Notes under the pieces: model-generated
What the model saw: only the letters and a program-made list of their open reading frames with translations
Told to the model about the DNA's origin: nothing
The model's database searches: none
Source of the DNA: Candidatus Margulisbacteria bacterium GWF2_35_9
GTDB taxonomy: Bacteria > Margulisbacteria > Riflemargulisbacteria > GWF2-35-9
Assembly (NCBI GenBank): GCA_001783275.1
Contig: MFRH01000061.1
Location: 11,524 to 75,523 of the forward strand
Direction: 5' to 3'
Length of the DNA: 64,000 bases
Shown here: positions 1 through 9,371 of the stretch, piece after piece
Layout of the letters: each line of letters starts with the position of its first letter
Numbering within the stretch: position 1 is the first letter of the stretch
Made by a program: the position numbers and the translations under genes

Positions 1-2
1 AC

Positions 3-1529
3 GTTGCGGTTGCAATGGGTGGGGGTGCATATTACATCAATATGCCTAAGATGACAAAGATCAACCTTACAGGTAAACTTAACGATTGGGTTTCGGCAAA
101 GGATGTTATCCTTGAGGTGCTTAGAATTATGAGCGTCAAAGGTGGTATAAATAAGATTGTCGAATACGGTGGAGAGGGGATAAAATCTCTTTCCGTTCCC
201 GAAAGAGCAACCATAACAAATATGGGTGCGGAGCTTGGTGCTTCGACTTCGATTTTTCCATCTGATGAGATAACAAGAGAATTTCTAAAAGCACAGGGTA
301 GAGAAAAAGACTTTGTACCACTCACCTCGGACGAAGATGCTGTTTATGATGAAATAATCGATATCGATTTAAGTACACTCAAGCCGATGGTTGCTTGTCC
401 GCACAGTCCCGATAACGTAAAGTCGGCTGCCGAAATTGGTAAAATTAAGATAGATCAAGTTTGTATAGGTTCCTGCACAAACTCTTCTTACGTTGATTTG
501 ATGAAGGTTGCTTATATTTTAAAAGGAAAAACTGTTGCAGAGAATGTAAGTCTTTCGGTAGCACCAGGCTCCAAGCAGGTATATAATATGCTTGCCTCAA
601 ACGGTGCACTATCGGATATTATAGCTAGCGGAGCAAGAATACTTGAATGTGCCTGCGGACCTTGTATAGGTATGGGACAGTCACCGAACAGTGCTGGAAT
701 CAGCTTGCGTACCTTTAACCGCAACTTCGAGGGAAGAAGCGGAACAAAGGATGCAGGAGTTTATCTTGTTTCTCCCGAGCTTGCCGCATATTCAGCCATT
801 ACAGGTTTTCTTTCCGACCCGACAGAATTCGGAACAGAGCCTGATATATGTTTACCAAAAGAATTCCTTATTAACGATAATATGATAGCTGCACCTGCTT
901 CACCCGAAGAAGCTGACAACGTGGAAGTGGTAAGAGGTCCGAATATAAAACCTTTTCCGAACAGTATTCCGCTTGAGGAGAGTATTGACGCAGAGTGTAT
1001 TTTAAAGGTTGACGACAATATTACAACTGACCATATAATGCCTGCCGGCTCAAAGATTCTGCCATACCGTTCAAATATTCCATTCCTTTCAAAATATTGC
1101 TTTGCTGTATGTGATGAGAAATTCGCAGAGCGTGCCAAAGAAAAGAACGGCGGTATTGTAATCGGTGGTGCAAACTACGGTCAGGGTAGCTCAAGAGAAC
1201 ACGCTGCACTTGTTCCGCTTTATCTCGGTGTCAAGGCGGTTGTTGCAAAGAGCTTTGCTAGAATTCATGCAGCGAATCTTATAAATGCTGGAATTATTCC
1301 ACTCACTTTTACGGATGAGAGCGATTATGACAGTATTTCGCAGGGTGACAACCTTAGTCTTTCAGATATTAAGAATGATATATTAAACAGTGATATAACA
1401 GTTCTTACCGATAAAACAATAGGAAAGAAGTTTACACTTAACATCAACCTTTCAAAAAGACAGCGTGAAATTCTTGTCGCTGGAGGTTTGTTGAATTATA
1501 CCAAGAAGGAGTCGAAATTTGAAAGATAA
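3..1529 (+). CDS. aconitate hydratase, C-terminal ~500 aa (5' end lies outside the window)
   Basis: Open frame from the window edge. Motifs CIGSCTNSSY, CACGPCIGMGQ and NRNFEGRSG are typical of aconitase family Fe-S cluster ligands and the substrate site. Confidence 0.8.
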   Translation, partial: VAVAMGGGAYYINMPKMTKINLTGKLNDWVSAKDVILEVLRIMSVKGGINKIVEYGGEGIKSLSVPERATITNMGAELGASTSIFPSDEITREFLKAQGREKDFVPLTSDEDAVYDEIIDIDLSTLKPMVACPHSPDNVKSAAEIGKIKIDQVCIGSCTNSSYVDLMKVAYILKGKTVAENVSLSVAPGSKQVYNMLASNGALSDIIASGARILECACGPCIGMGQSPNSAGISLRTFNRNFEGRSGTKDAGVYLVSPELAAYSAITGFLSDPTEFGTEPDICLPKEFLINDNMIAAPASPEEADNVEVVRGPNIKPFPNSIPLEESIDAECILKVDDNITTDHIMPAGSKILPYRSNIPFLSKYCFAVCDEKFAERAKEKNGGIVIGGANYGQGSSREHAALVPLYLGVKAVVAKSFARIHAANLINAGIIPLTFTDESDYDSISQGDNLSLSDIKNDILNSDITVLTDKTIGKKFTLNINLSKRQREILVAGGLLNYTKKESKFER

Positions 1530-1629
1530 ATCTTTCAAACACGGTTTTGTGCCTTTAATGCAAGAGGTGCATTAATCCGGTTATCGCCGGAACGGCACAA
1601 TTCCCGCTTTCGGCGGTAAACCGCCGAGG
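1521..1629 (+). promoter_or_regulatory. family-1 conserved structured element, copy 1; four hairpins, the last overlapping the icd Shine-Dalgarno
   Basis: Hairpins gaaagat/atctttc, ttaatgca/tgcattaa, ggaa/ttcc and cggcgg/ccgccg, plus ttgtgcc...ggcacaa long-range pairing. Same architecture as 7836-7962(-) with compensatory base changes. Confidence 0.4.
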
Positions 1630-1647
1630 AAAGAAAGGGTTTTAATA

Positions 1648-2844
1648 ATGACTAAAATAAATATGACCACACCGCTTGTCGAGATGGACGGCGATGAGAT
1701 GACAAGAGTAATATGGCAGGAGATAAAGAACATTCTTATTCTGCCGTATGTGGACTTAAAGTCGGAATATTACGACCTCGGTCTTATAAAGCGTAATAAA
1801 ACAGACGATCAGATTACAATAGATTCCGCAAACGCAACAAAAAGGCTTGGTGTTGCTGTAAAATGCGCAACCATCACACCAAATACAGACAGAGTTAAGG
1901 AATATAATCTTAAGCAGATGTGGAAAAGCCCAAATGGAACAATCCGTGCAATCCTTGACGGAACAGTTTTCCGCACACCTATTGTTGTAAAAGGTATTAC
2001 ACCTTATGTACCTGCCTGGAAAGCACCGATATCGATTGCAAGACACGCATATGGTGATGTTTACAAGGGCGTTGAGGTCAGAGTGCCGGACGGTGCAAAA
2101 GCCGAGATTCTTGTTACCGACAAGGATGGAAACCAGACTAAAACGCTTATTCACGATTTTAAAACAGCAGGTATTGTACAAGGAACACATAATATTGACA
2201 AGAGTATAGAGAGCTTTGCCCGTTCTTGTTTTAACTTTGCACTTGACCTTAAGCAGGATATATGGTTTGCTACAAAGGATACCATTTCCAAGGTGTACGA
2301 TCACCGCTTTAAAGATATTTTTGCAGATATATATGAAGCCGAATATAAAGAGAACTTTAAAAAAACCGGTATTGAATATTTCTATACCCTTATTGACGAT
2401 GTAGTAGCCAGAGTAATGCGTTCTGAAGGCGGATTTATCTGGGCTTGCAAGAATTACGACGGCGATGTTATGTCCGATATGGTTGCAACCGCATTCGGTT
2501 CGCTCGGACTTATGACCAGCGTATTGGTTTCACCCGAGGGAATTTACGAGTATGAGGCAGCACACGGAACTGTTACCCGTCATTATTATAAACACCTGAA
2601 GGGTGAACAGACCTCAACAAACTCGGTAGCGACAATTTTTGCATGGACAGGAGCTCTCCGCAAGAGAGGTGAGCTTGACGGATTGAACGACTTGGTAGAT
2701 TTTGCCAACAGGCTTGAAAAAGTATGTATAAGTACCATTGAAGAAGGCGTTATGACAAACGATATGTTTATATTGTCTGACCTACCGTATAAAAAGTCGG
2801 TTAACACGATTGAGTTTTTAACAGAGATTGCTGCTAGAATATAA
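1648..2844 (+). CDS. icd: NADP-dependent isocitrate dehydrogenase (eukaryotic/IDH1-like type, 398 aa)
   Basis: Full-length similarity to monomeric-subunit-type IDH by recollection (MTKI...[12 protein letters not shown]...). SD-like aggaaag upstream. A terminator follows. Confidence 0.85.
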   Translation: MTKINMTTPLVEMDGDEMTRVIWQEIKNILILPYVDLKSEYYDLGLIKRNKTDDQITIDSANATKRLGVAVKCATITPNTDRVKEYNLKQMWKSPNGTIRAILDGTVFRTPIVVKGITPYVPAWKAPISIARHAYGDVYKGVEVRVPDGAKAEILVTDKDGNQTKTLIHDFKTAGIVQGTHNIDKSIESFARSCFNFALDLKQDIWFATKDTISKVYDHRFKDIFADIYEAEYKENFKKTGIEYFYTLIDDVVARVMRSEGGFIWACKNYDGDVMSDMVATAFGSLGLMTSVLVSPEGIYEYEAAHGTVTRHYYKHLKGEQTSTNSVATIFAWTGALRKRGELDGLNDLVDFANRLEKVCISTIEEGVMTNDMFILSDLPYKKSVNTIEFLTEIAARI

Positions 2845-2852
2845 ATATTAAA

Positions 2853-2888
2853 AAGTACCCAGGAATAATTTGGGTACTTATATTTTTA
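2853..2888 (+). terminator. rho-independent terminator after icd
   Basis: aagtacccagg-aataatt-tgggtactt hairpin followed by a T-run. Confidence 0.6.
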
Positions 2889-2986
2889 TATTGAATATAA
2901 TATACTATTGTGCTATTATTTAGTTAAAGATTTTTATTTGATTTTTATAGGTATATGTCGATATATTTTTTGGAGGTGTAGTTGGA

Positions 2987-4591
2987 ATGAAAAAGAGAAT
3001 TTTGTTATTTTTACTTTTATTTTGTCTGATCTTTTCGGCGATGTCAGTTGGAATATCAGCACTAAGTCCTATTACGGCAGAAGGTAGTATTGCTGTTCCG
3101 ATTGATGGATTTGATACATATTACGGAAGCACTGCTGATGTTTATAATGAATCATATTATAACCAATTAAATGCAGAGCAGAAAAATGCTTATAATGTTC
3201 TGATAGGACTGCCAAAGAGTGATACTACGGTCACAATCGATTTAATTACTCCGATAACTTTTACAAGTCAAACAAATAGTCCAACCAGTACCGAAACTTA
3301 TGAAATGATGAACAAGGTTACGAATATAATACAACCGGCACTTAACGCTTTTTTAAAAGACTACCCGATTATTTTCTGGCTTAATTTAAGCGGTGGAGCA
3401 GGTTCAACAACATATTCAGTAAACTATTCGGGAAGCTTTTATTCAGGTAAATGGCACTGGGAAGTCACACAAATTTTATTTTACGCAGCGGTAGCTGATA
3501 AATACACACCAAATACTTCAACTTTTGTAAATTCTGTTACTAATGAAGTTGCTTCTTTTGAAACCAATTCGACATCAAGGTATGATATTTTAAAAGATAT
3601 ACATGATTATCTGTGCAGCACTGTAGTTTATGATTTAAACGCTGTATATGCACATGAGCCATATGGTGCGTTAGTGACAGGAAGAGCAGTCTGCGAAGGA
3701 TATGCCGAAGCATTCAAACTTTTATGTGACAGATTTAATGTTCCCTGTACATTAATAATTGGTGATGGAGTTACAAGTTCCAAAACTGAAGCACATATGT
3801 GGAACTATGTACAGATGGAAAACGGCAAGTGGTATGGTATAGATGTAACATGGGATGATCAAAGCATTATTCGATATGACTATTTCCTTGCAGGTGCCGA
3901 TACTGTTGCAACTTACTTTGGTACAAAGACCTTTTCACAGTCACATATTGAAGATGGTACTTTCTCATCAGGTTCATCAATGGAATTTGTATATCCTGTT
4001 TTAAATAGCACTAAATATGAGCAGCCGATTGTTGACCCTTGCGAAAACGGACATACGCCCGGAGAATGGGAAGTTACACTTGAACCGACTTATACCGAGG
4101 ATGGTCTTAAGGTAAAAAAATGTACTGTATGCGGGGAGGTACTAGAAAGCGAAGTTATACCCAAGCTTGTTTTACCTAGTGGTGACGCAGAACTTGTTAC
4201 AGGCAGTGAACTAATAATTAACAGTGGTTTGTTACTAGGACTTTCGGATAAAGTAACTTTATTATCTCTTACAAGTGAATTTGACGGTGATATTTCAGTA
4301 AAATCCTCGACAGGAAAAATACTGGAGGATGATGACACTGTTGGAACCGGTGCTGTCGTTGACGTTGGTTCTATTACCTATACTATAGTTATTTTAGGTG
4401 ACGTTGATGGTAGCGGCACAATTTCTTCCAAAGATTACCTGATGATAAAGAGAGCATTCCTAGGCACTCTTGCACTTACTGAAACACAGCTTAAAGCTGC
4501 TTGTATCGGTGGAGCGAATAAACCGACATCCTTGGATTATCTTAAAATCAAACGTCATTTCTTAGGTACTTATAATATTTATACGACGTAA
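2987..4591 (+). CDS. secreted transglutaminase-like (Cys protease fold) protein with two C-terminal dockerin-type repeats
   Basis: N-terminal signal peptide. CEGYAEAFKLLC...HMWNYV...GIDVTWDD matches a transglutaminase-like Cys-His-Asp core. GDVDGSGTISSKDYLMIKRAFLGT and a second DYLKIKRHFLGT repeat are dockerin-like. GGAGGTG SD. Confidence 0.6.
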   Translation: MKKRILLFLLLFCLIFSAMSVGISALSPITAEGSIAVPIDGFDTYYGSTADVYNESYYNQLNAEQKNAYNVLIGLPKSDTTVTIDLITPITFTSQTNSPTSTETYEMMNKVTNIIQPALNAFLKDYPIIFWLNLSGGAGSTTYSVNYSGSFYSGKWHWEVTQILFYAAVADKYTPNTSTFVNSVTNEVASFETNSTSRYDILKDIHDYLCSTVVYDLNAVYAHEPYGALVTGRAVCEGYAEAFKLLCDRFNVPCTLIIGDGVTSSKTEAHMWNYVQMENGKWYGIDVTWDDQSIIRYDYFLAGADTVATYFGTKTFSQSHIEDGTFSSGSSMEFVYPVLNSTKYEQPIVDPCENGHTPGEWEVTLEPTYTEDGLKVKKCTVCGEVLESEVIPKLVLPSGDAELVTGSELIINSGLLLGLSDKVTLLSLTSEFDGDISVKSSTGKILEDDDTVGTGAVVDVGSITYTIVILGDVDGSGTISSKDYLMIKRAFLGTLALTETQLKAACIGGANKPTSLDYLKIKRHFLGTYNIYTT

Positions 4592-4607
4592 TAAATTATA
4601 ATATATA

Positions 4608-4647
4608 ATCGGGAGCTGTTTATTTACAAAGCTCCCGATCTTTTTTT
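4608..4647. terminator. bidirectional terminator between convergent genes
   Basis: atcgggagct...agctcccgat hairpin followed by a T-run. Confidence 0.6.
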
Positions 4648-6028
4648 ATTCATTTCTTCGCTCAACAGGCTTTATCCATTTCATTTTTACAAAAAACCTA
4701 ATACACAAAAAGGCTTTTACAATATCCTCGCTGAACAGCATTAGTATATAAACCAAAATAAAATCAAGTTTGAATATAACACCGCAAAGAAAAGTTATCG
4801 GTAATCCGATCAACCAAAGGCAGATAAGGTCGTAATACATTCCTGTTTTTGTATCACCGCCTGCACGGAATATTCCGACTATGCAGATATAGGGTATGTT
4901 TCTTAAACCAACCTGTAAACCGAAAACCAATAAAAGTGAATAAGCTAAATTATGTACTGCTTCGCTTGTAGAGAAAAAGCTTAGAATATTACCTCTTAAT
5001 AAAATGACCAAACCACCTGCAACCAAGCCTAAAAATGGCACGAGAATTATAAAACGCTTTGCATATTCCTTAGCTTCATATATTTTATTCAGACCTATAT
5101 ATTTACCTATCAATACTGCACACGCGTTACAAAGACCTATAAATAATACAAAGACAAGACTTTCGACTGTTTTGGAAATAGTCAGCGCAGCGTAATTTTC
5201 CATACGTCCGTAAATCGCATTGTACATTGTCATTCCTAATGCCCAAAACATTTCGTTTAAAAATACAGGTAAGGCTATTAAATAATAACCTTTTAAGCTA
5301 ATCCAGTTAAACGAGAAAATTTCTTTAATGGGTGAAATTAAAATCGATTTTTTAAAATATGAAAACAAGAGTATCAATATTGGATTTAAAAAAGCTGCTG
5401 CGACTGTTGCTATTGCAGCACCCTTTACACCCATTTGCGGAAAGCCAAGCTTACCGAAAATAAACACATAGTTTAAGAAGACATTTGTAATTACAGCAAA
5501 AATGTTGGTAAACAGGGGAATCCAAACTCTTTCGGTTGCTCTTAGAACATAAGAAAATCCCATGATAAACGAGCTTCCCAGATAGGAGAAAGAAACATAT
5601 TTCAGATATTTTGCACCTATTTCAATAACAGCTTTATCATCGGTATAAAAGCTCATACACATTCTTGGAGCGAAAAAAGATAGCGTAAAAAACAATAAAC
5701 CTACCGTAATGCAGTTTGTCATTATAATTCCATAGGTACGCTTAATACCTGAGATATTTCCTGCACCCCAGTATTGTGAAATGAATACCATTCCACCTGA
5801 GCAGATACCGAACAGAAAAATGTTCTGTAAAAAGGATATCTGACCGGCTAAACCTATAGCGGCGATTGTATCATCGCCCAGACTGCCTATCATAAGTAAA
5901 TCTACAAAAGAAAAAGAGCTGGATATTAAGTTTTGAAATGCTATCGGAAGAGCCATAAGAAGTGTAGATTTCCAGAACAGCTTGTCCGAAAGCATATTTT
6001 TTAAAAACATATAATTCACCTTATACAA
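4646..6028 (-). CDS. MATE family efflux transporter (460 aa, 12 predicted TM)
   Basis: Hydrophobic 12-TM pattern. N-terminal region is typical of MATE/NorM proteins. Confidence 0.8.
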   Translation of the reverse strand: MYKVNYMFLKNMLSDKLFWKSTLLMALPIAFQNLISSSFSFVDLLMIGSLGDDTIAAIGLAGQISFLQNIFLFGICSGGMVFISQYWGAGNISGIKRTYGIIMTNCITVGLLFFTLSFFAPRMCMSFYTDDKAVIEIGAKYLKYVSFSYLGSSFIMGFSYVLRATERVWIPLFTNIFAVITNVFLNYVFIFGKLGFPQMGVKGAAIATVAAAFLNPILILLFSYFKKSILISPIKEIFSFNWISLKGYYLIALPVFLNEMFWALGMTMYNAIYGRMENYAALTISKTVESLVFVLFIGLCNACAVLIGKYIGLNKIYEAKEYAKRFIILVPFLGLVAGGLVILLRGNILSFFSTSEAVHNLAYSLLLVFGLQVGLRNIPYICIVGIFRAGGDTKTGMYYDLICLWLIGLPITFLCGVIFKLDFILVYILMLFSEDIVKAFLCIRFFVKMKWIKPVERRNE

Positions 6029-6090
6029 AAATCGGCAACAGGGAAAAGAAAACCCCTTGCTGCCGAAAACATTTTTAGGGCTTGAATTCT

Positions 6091-7449
6091 TTAATTTTTC
6101 AATGATTGAATAGGAGCAGGAATACGTCCGCCTCTGTTAATGAATTTAGACGGAGAATAATTATTTATTTTCATAATCGGAGCTTCACCCCAAAGTCCGC
6201 CGTAGCAAATCATATCGCCCACCTTTTTGCCGACAGCAGGGATAACTCTTACCGCGGTTGTCTTGAAATTAACAACTCCGATTGCGATTTCATCGGCAAT
6301 CATAGCGGAAATTACGTCAGCCTCGGTATCACCGGGAACGGCTATCATATCCAGACCGACAGAGCATACCGCGGTCATCGCCTCCAGCTTTTCAAGAGTA
6401 AGGCAGCCTTTGTTGACAGCGTTTATCATACCTTCGTCTTCGGAAACAGGTATAAATGCACCCGACAAACCACCAACATGAGAGGATGCCATTACACCGC
6501 CTTTTTTAACCGCATCGTTAAGTAGAGCAAGTGCGGCGGTTGTTCCGTAAGCACCGCAGCATTCAAGTCCCATCTCTTCAAGAATTCGGGCAACCGAATC
6601 ACCGATTGCAGGGGTAGGTGCAAGTGACAAGTCGACAATGCCAAAAGGAACTCCAAGCCGTTTACTTGCTTCTCTGGCGACAAGCTGTCCGACACGGGTT
6701 ATCTTAAAAGCAGTTTTTTTAATTATTTCGGAAATTTCTGCAAGATCGGCATCCTTGTATTTAGCTATTGCACTTCTAACCACACCGGGACCGGAAACAC
6801 CCACGTTTATAACACATTCGCCCTCTCCAACACCATGAAAAGCACCGGCCATAAAAGGATTATCATCAGGTGCGTTTGCAAAAACAACCAGCTTCGCACA
6901 GCCGAAGGAATCGTTATCGGCGGTAAGTAAAGCTGCTTTTTTTATTATATGTCCCATTTTTTTCACAGCATCCATGTTAATGCCTGCTTTTGTGGTAGCC
7001 ACATTAACAGAGGAACAGACCATTTTTGTTTCGGCAAGTGCTTCCGGAATAGATTCGATAAGTGCGTCTTCGGCAGGAGTAGAGCCTTTTTGTACAAGTG
7101 CGGAAAAACCGCCGATAAAGTTTACACCAGTATCGGCAGCAGCTCTGTCAAGCGTTTTTGCCGACAGAACAAAATCGTCATATTTAAGGTTACCGCCAAC
7201 AAGCGATATCGGTGTAACCGAGATACGCTTGTTTATTATAGGAATACCGTATTGCTTTTCAATCTCTTCACCGACTTTGACAAGATTTTCTGCTTTTCTT
7301 GTGATCTTGTCGTAAATGCGGTCACTAAAAGTCTTTCCGCTTGCAGAAGCACAGTCAAGCAGTGAAATGCCCATAGTTATGGTTCGTATATCAAGATGAT
7401 CGGTTTGAATCATCTCAATTGTTTCAAGTATATCATTAGTATTTAACAT
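6091..7449 (-). CDS. UPF0210 (DUF711) family protein
   Basis: Family recognition of the [33 protein letters not shown]-terminus. The ATG at 7449 is preferred because GGAGG sits 7 nt upstream; the ORF-track start at 7461 is GTG without an SD. Confidence 0.8.
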   Translation of the reverse strand: MLNTNDILETIEMIQTDHLDIRTITMGISLLDCASASGKTFSDRIYDKITRKAENLVKVGEEIEKQYGIPIINKRISVTPISLVGGNLKYDDFVLSAKTLDRAAADTGVNFIGGFSALVQKGSTPAEDALIESIPEALAETKMVCSSVNVATTKAGINMDAVKKMGHIIKKAALLTADNDSFGCAKLVVFANAPDDNPFMAGAFHGVGEGECVINVGVSGPGVVRSAIAKYKDADLAEISEIIKKTAFKITRVGQLVAREASKRLGVPFGIVDLSLAPTPAIGDSVARILEEMGLECCGAYGTTAALALLNDAVKKGGVMASSHVGGLSGAFIPVSEDEGMINAVNKGCLTLEKLEAMTAVCSVGLDMIAVPGDTEADVISAMIADEIAIGVVNFKTTAVRVIPAVGKKVGDMICYGGLWGEAPIMKINNYSPSKFINRGGRIPAPIQSLKN

Positions 7450-7553
7450 ATTAACCTCCACGCCCTGCCGGGCACTAATAGTAATGTAAAATTCGTGGAG
7501 GAACGCGCCAACGTACCCCTATTTATTACATTTCTCACGCTAATATAATCCTT
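7450..7553 (-). promoter_or_regulatory. family-2 conserved 5' leader element, copy A (between the ACT gene and the UPF0210 gene)
   Basis: About 70 nt near-identical to 28065-28166(-): tagcgtga.aaatg ... ccacgaatttt.cattactatt.gtgcc.ggcaggg.gtg.agg, ending at the SD. Confidence 0.35.
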
Positions 7554-7823
7554 TTATATCCTATGCATGGAATTGAATATATCCTCGTGCATGGTGTGAA
7601 TCTTTAGATTGTTTGCACTTCCAAGTGTATCAAGCTTGTCGGTAAAAGCACCAAACTCAAGACTGAGTGTGCTTACATCAACAAGCATCATCATGGCAAA
7701 GTAATCCTGTAAAACAGTCTGAGAAATATCCAGTATATTTGCTTCGTACTGAGAACAAAAGGTAGAAACTTTAGCTATGATGCCTACATTATCCTTGCCC
7801 GTTACGGTTATAACAGCTTTCAT
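7554..7823 (-). CDS. ACT domain protein, UPF0237 family (89 aa)
   Basis: MKAVITVTGKDNVGIIAKVS... is a typical UPF0237 N-terminus. The start at 7823 has a GAGGAAAGGAA SD. The ORF-track start at 7850 lies inside the conserved upstream hairpin. Confidence 0.8.
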   Translation of the reverse strand: MKAVITVTGKDNVGIIAKVSTFCSQYEANILDISQTVLQDYFAMMMLVDVSTLSLEFGAFTDKLDTLGSANNLKIHTMHEDIFNSMHRI

Positions 7824-7835
7824 GATTTTATACAT

Positions 7836-7962
7836 TCCTTTCCTCGGCATTTATGCCGACAGTGGGAATTGTGCCGTTCCGGCGATAGCCGGATTACTGC
7901 ACCTCTTTGTAGTAAAGGCACAAAACCGTGTTTGAAAATTTATTTTCAAACTATCCATCCTT
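7836..7962 (-). promoter_or_regulatory. family-1 conserved structured element, copy 2 (5' of the ACT/UPF0210 operon)
   Basis: Reverse complement aligns with 1521-1629. The hairpins are kept by compensatory changes (ttgaaaat/attttcaa, ttactaca/tgcagtaa, cggca/tgccg). The last hairpin overlaps the SD. Confidence 0.4.
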
Positions 7963-8080
7963 AATTTGTTGTAATTCGTATTATTTTACTATACACTAAA
8001 ATCAATATGTTTGCAAGTGGAATAAACAGCAAAAAACGGCAGCTAATCGCTGTCGTTTTTGTGAATTATAAGGATTTTAT

Positions 8081-8656
8081 CTATTTAACCGCTTTTTTTA
8101 TAATTGGAATAATAAGTATAGCCAATACTCCGCCAATCATAGCTGTAACTAGCTGCGGCCAACTAAAAGCCAAGGATATTGCTGTTACTTTTGCTTCAGG
8201 AAGATTAAGAAGCGTCGGAATAGCAAACTTTACGATTGTTAAATAAAGTGTCAAAAACTTGAGCAAAGCACCTAATACTAGAGCAATAGAAAACCTAACA
8301 TATTTGTTGGTTTCAGGAAACAATTTGTTTGCTATAATAAACCAGATAAGAACAATTACAATGTTACCGAGTGCTATAAAAGGTACAATCTGGAATAAGG
8401 GTGTGCCGATACCGAATAAAAAAGCCATAAAAGGTGATATTAATGCAACCGTTAAACCCGAATATAAACCACTGACTGTGGCAGCGATTATAAGTACCAA
8501 ATTAACTGCTGAACCTACAACAAATTGATTTCCCGTGAGCGAATTTAAAACCCATTGAAAGGCAACAAGTAACGCAATGAGTATCGCTGTTCTTGTTATC
8601 CAAAGTAAAGTTTTTTTTGTATCCATAAAATGTTTTCCTCCTACTTGATTTTTCAA
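8081..8656 (-). CDS. small polytopic membrane protein, probably an ECF transporter S component
   Basis: About 190 aa with 5-6 TM helices, the size and architecture of ECF S components. Substrate unknown. Confidence 0.45.
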   Translation of the reverse strand: MKNQVGGKHFMDTKKTLLWITRTAILIALLVAFQWVLNSLTGNQFVVGSAVNLVLIIAATVSGLYSGLTVALISPFMAFLFGIGTPLFQIVPFIALGNIVIVLIWFIIANKLFPETNKYVRFSIALVLGALLKFLTLYLTIVKFAIPTLLNLPEAKVTAISLAFSWPQLVTAMIGGVLAILIIPIIKKAVK

Positions 8657-8683
8657 TAATATTATAGTATATTATTTTCGGGA

Positions 8684-9370
8684 GTGATGTTGCACATGCA
8701 ACAAATTGAAAAAATTTCTGACATTTCTTTATTTAATGGATTTTCAAAGGATGAACTGCAAGAACTTTTGCGGTTGATTAAAGCTGAAATAAAAATCAAT
8801 GATGCGGAAAGCATTATAATGCATGAGGGTGACCGTAATCATTGTGTGTTTATAATACTATCCGGTCAAGCAATTGCTGTAAAATATGATTTGTTAGGTA
8901 AGGTAGTTATCTATACCAAACTTACACATGGATGTATTTTTGGTGATATACTTGCGGTTTCAGCAGAAAAGGAAAGTCCTGTTACAGTAAAAGTGACCGA
9001 GAAAACAGAAATACTAAAATTTCGTTTTGACGATTTAGTCGAAGCCAACGGAAATTGTGCTGAATTGCGGGTAAGAATGCTGAAGAATCTGACGGCCGAA
9101 CTGGCTCAAAAGTTTTTCGATCTGCAGGACAGGGTAAACTGCTTGATTTCGTCAACTCTTAGGGAAAAAATACTTACATTTTTAAACAACGAGGTCAAGA
9201 ACCAAAAAGGTATTAATTTTAATATAACAATGAATCGAGAACGACTTGCGGCTTATTTGAATACAGACCGAAGTGCACTTTCCCGAGAACTTTCCAAATT
9301 AAAAAAAGAAGGCATAATAGATTTTTATAAAAACAGCTTTAAAATAATAAAGAAAGAAGAGCGTCAATAG
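8684..9370 (+). CDS. Crp/Fnr family transcriptional regulator
   Basis: cNMP-binding-like N-terminus. C-terminal HTH RERLAAYLNTDRSALSRELSKLKKEGII. Confidence 0.8.
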   Translation: MMLHMQQIEKISDISLFNGFSKDELQELLRLIKAEIKINDAESIIMHEGDRNHCVFIILSGQAIAVKYDLLGKVVIYTKLTHGCIFGDILAVSAEKESPVTVKVTEKTEILKFRFDDLVEANGNCAELRVRMLKNLTAELAQKFFDLQDRVNCLISSTLREKILTFLNNEVKNQKGINFNITMNRERLAAYLNTDRSALSRELSKLKKEGIIDFYKNSFKIIKKEERQ

Positions 9371-9371
9371 T

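Noticed and set aside
6106-7365. Several 60-140-aa plus-strand ORFs inside the UPF0210 gene, and similar antisense ORFs inside groEL, hsdR and the ABC genes
   Set aside because: They are antisense to well-supported genes, lack SDs and have biased composition typical of shadow ORFs.
7823-7850. ORF-track start (MPRKGMYKIM) for the ACT protein at 7850
   Set aside because: It lies inside the conserved cggca/tgccg hairpin of the family-1 element and lacks an SD. MKAVITV at 7823 matches UPF0237 N-termini and has an SD.
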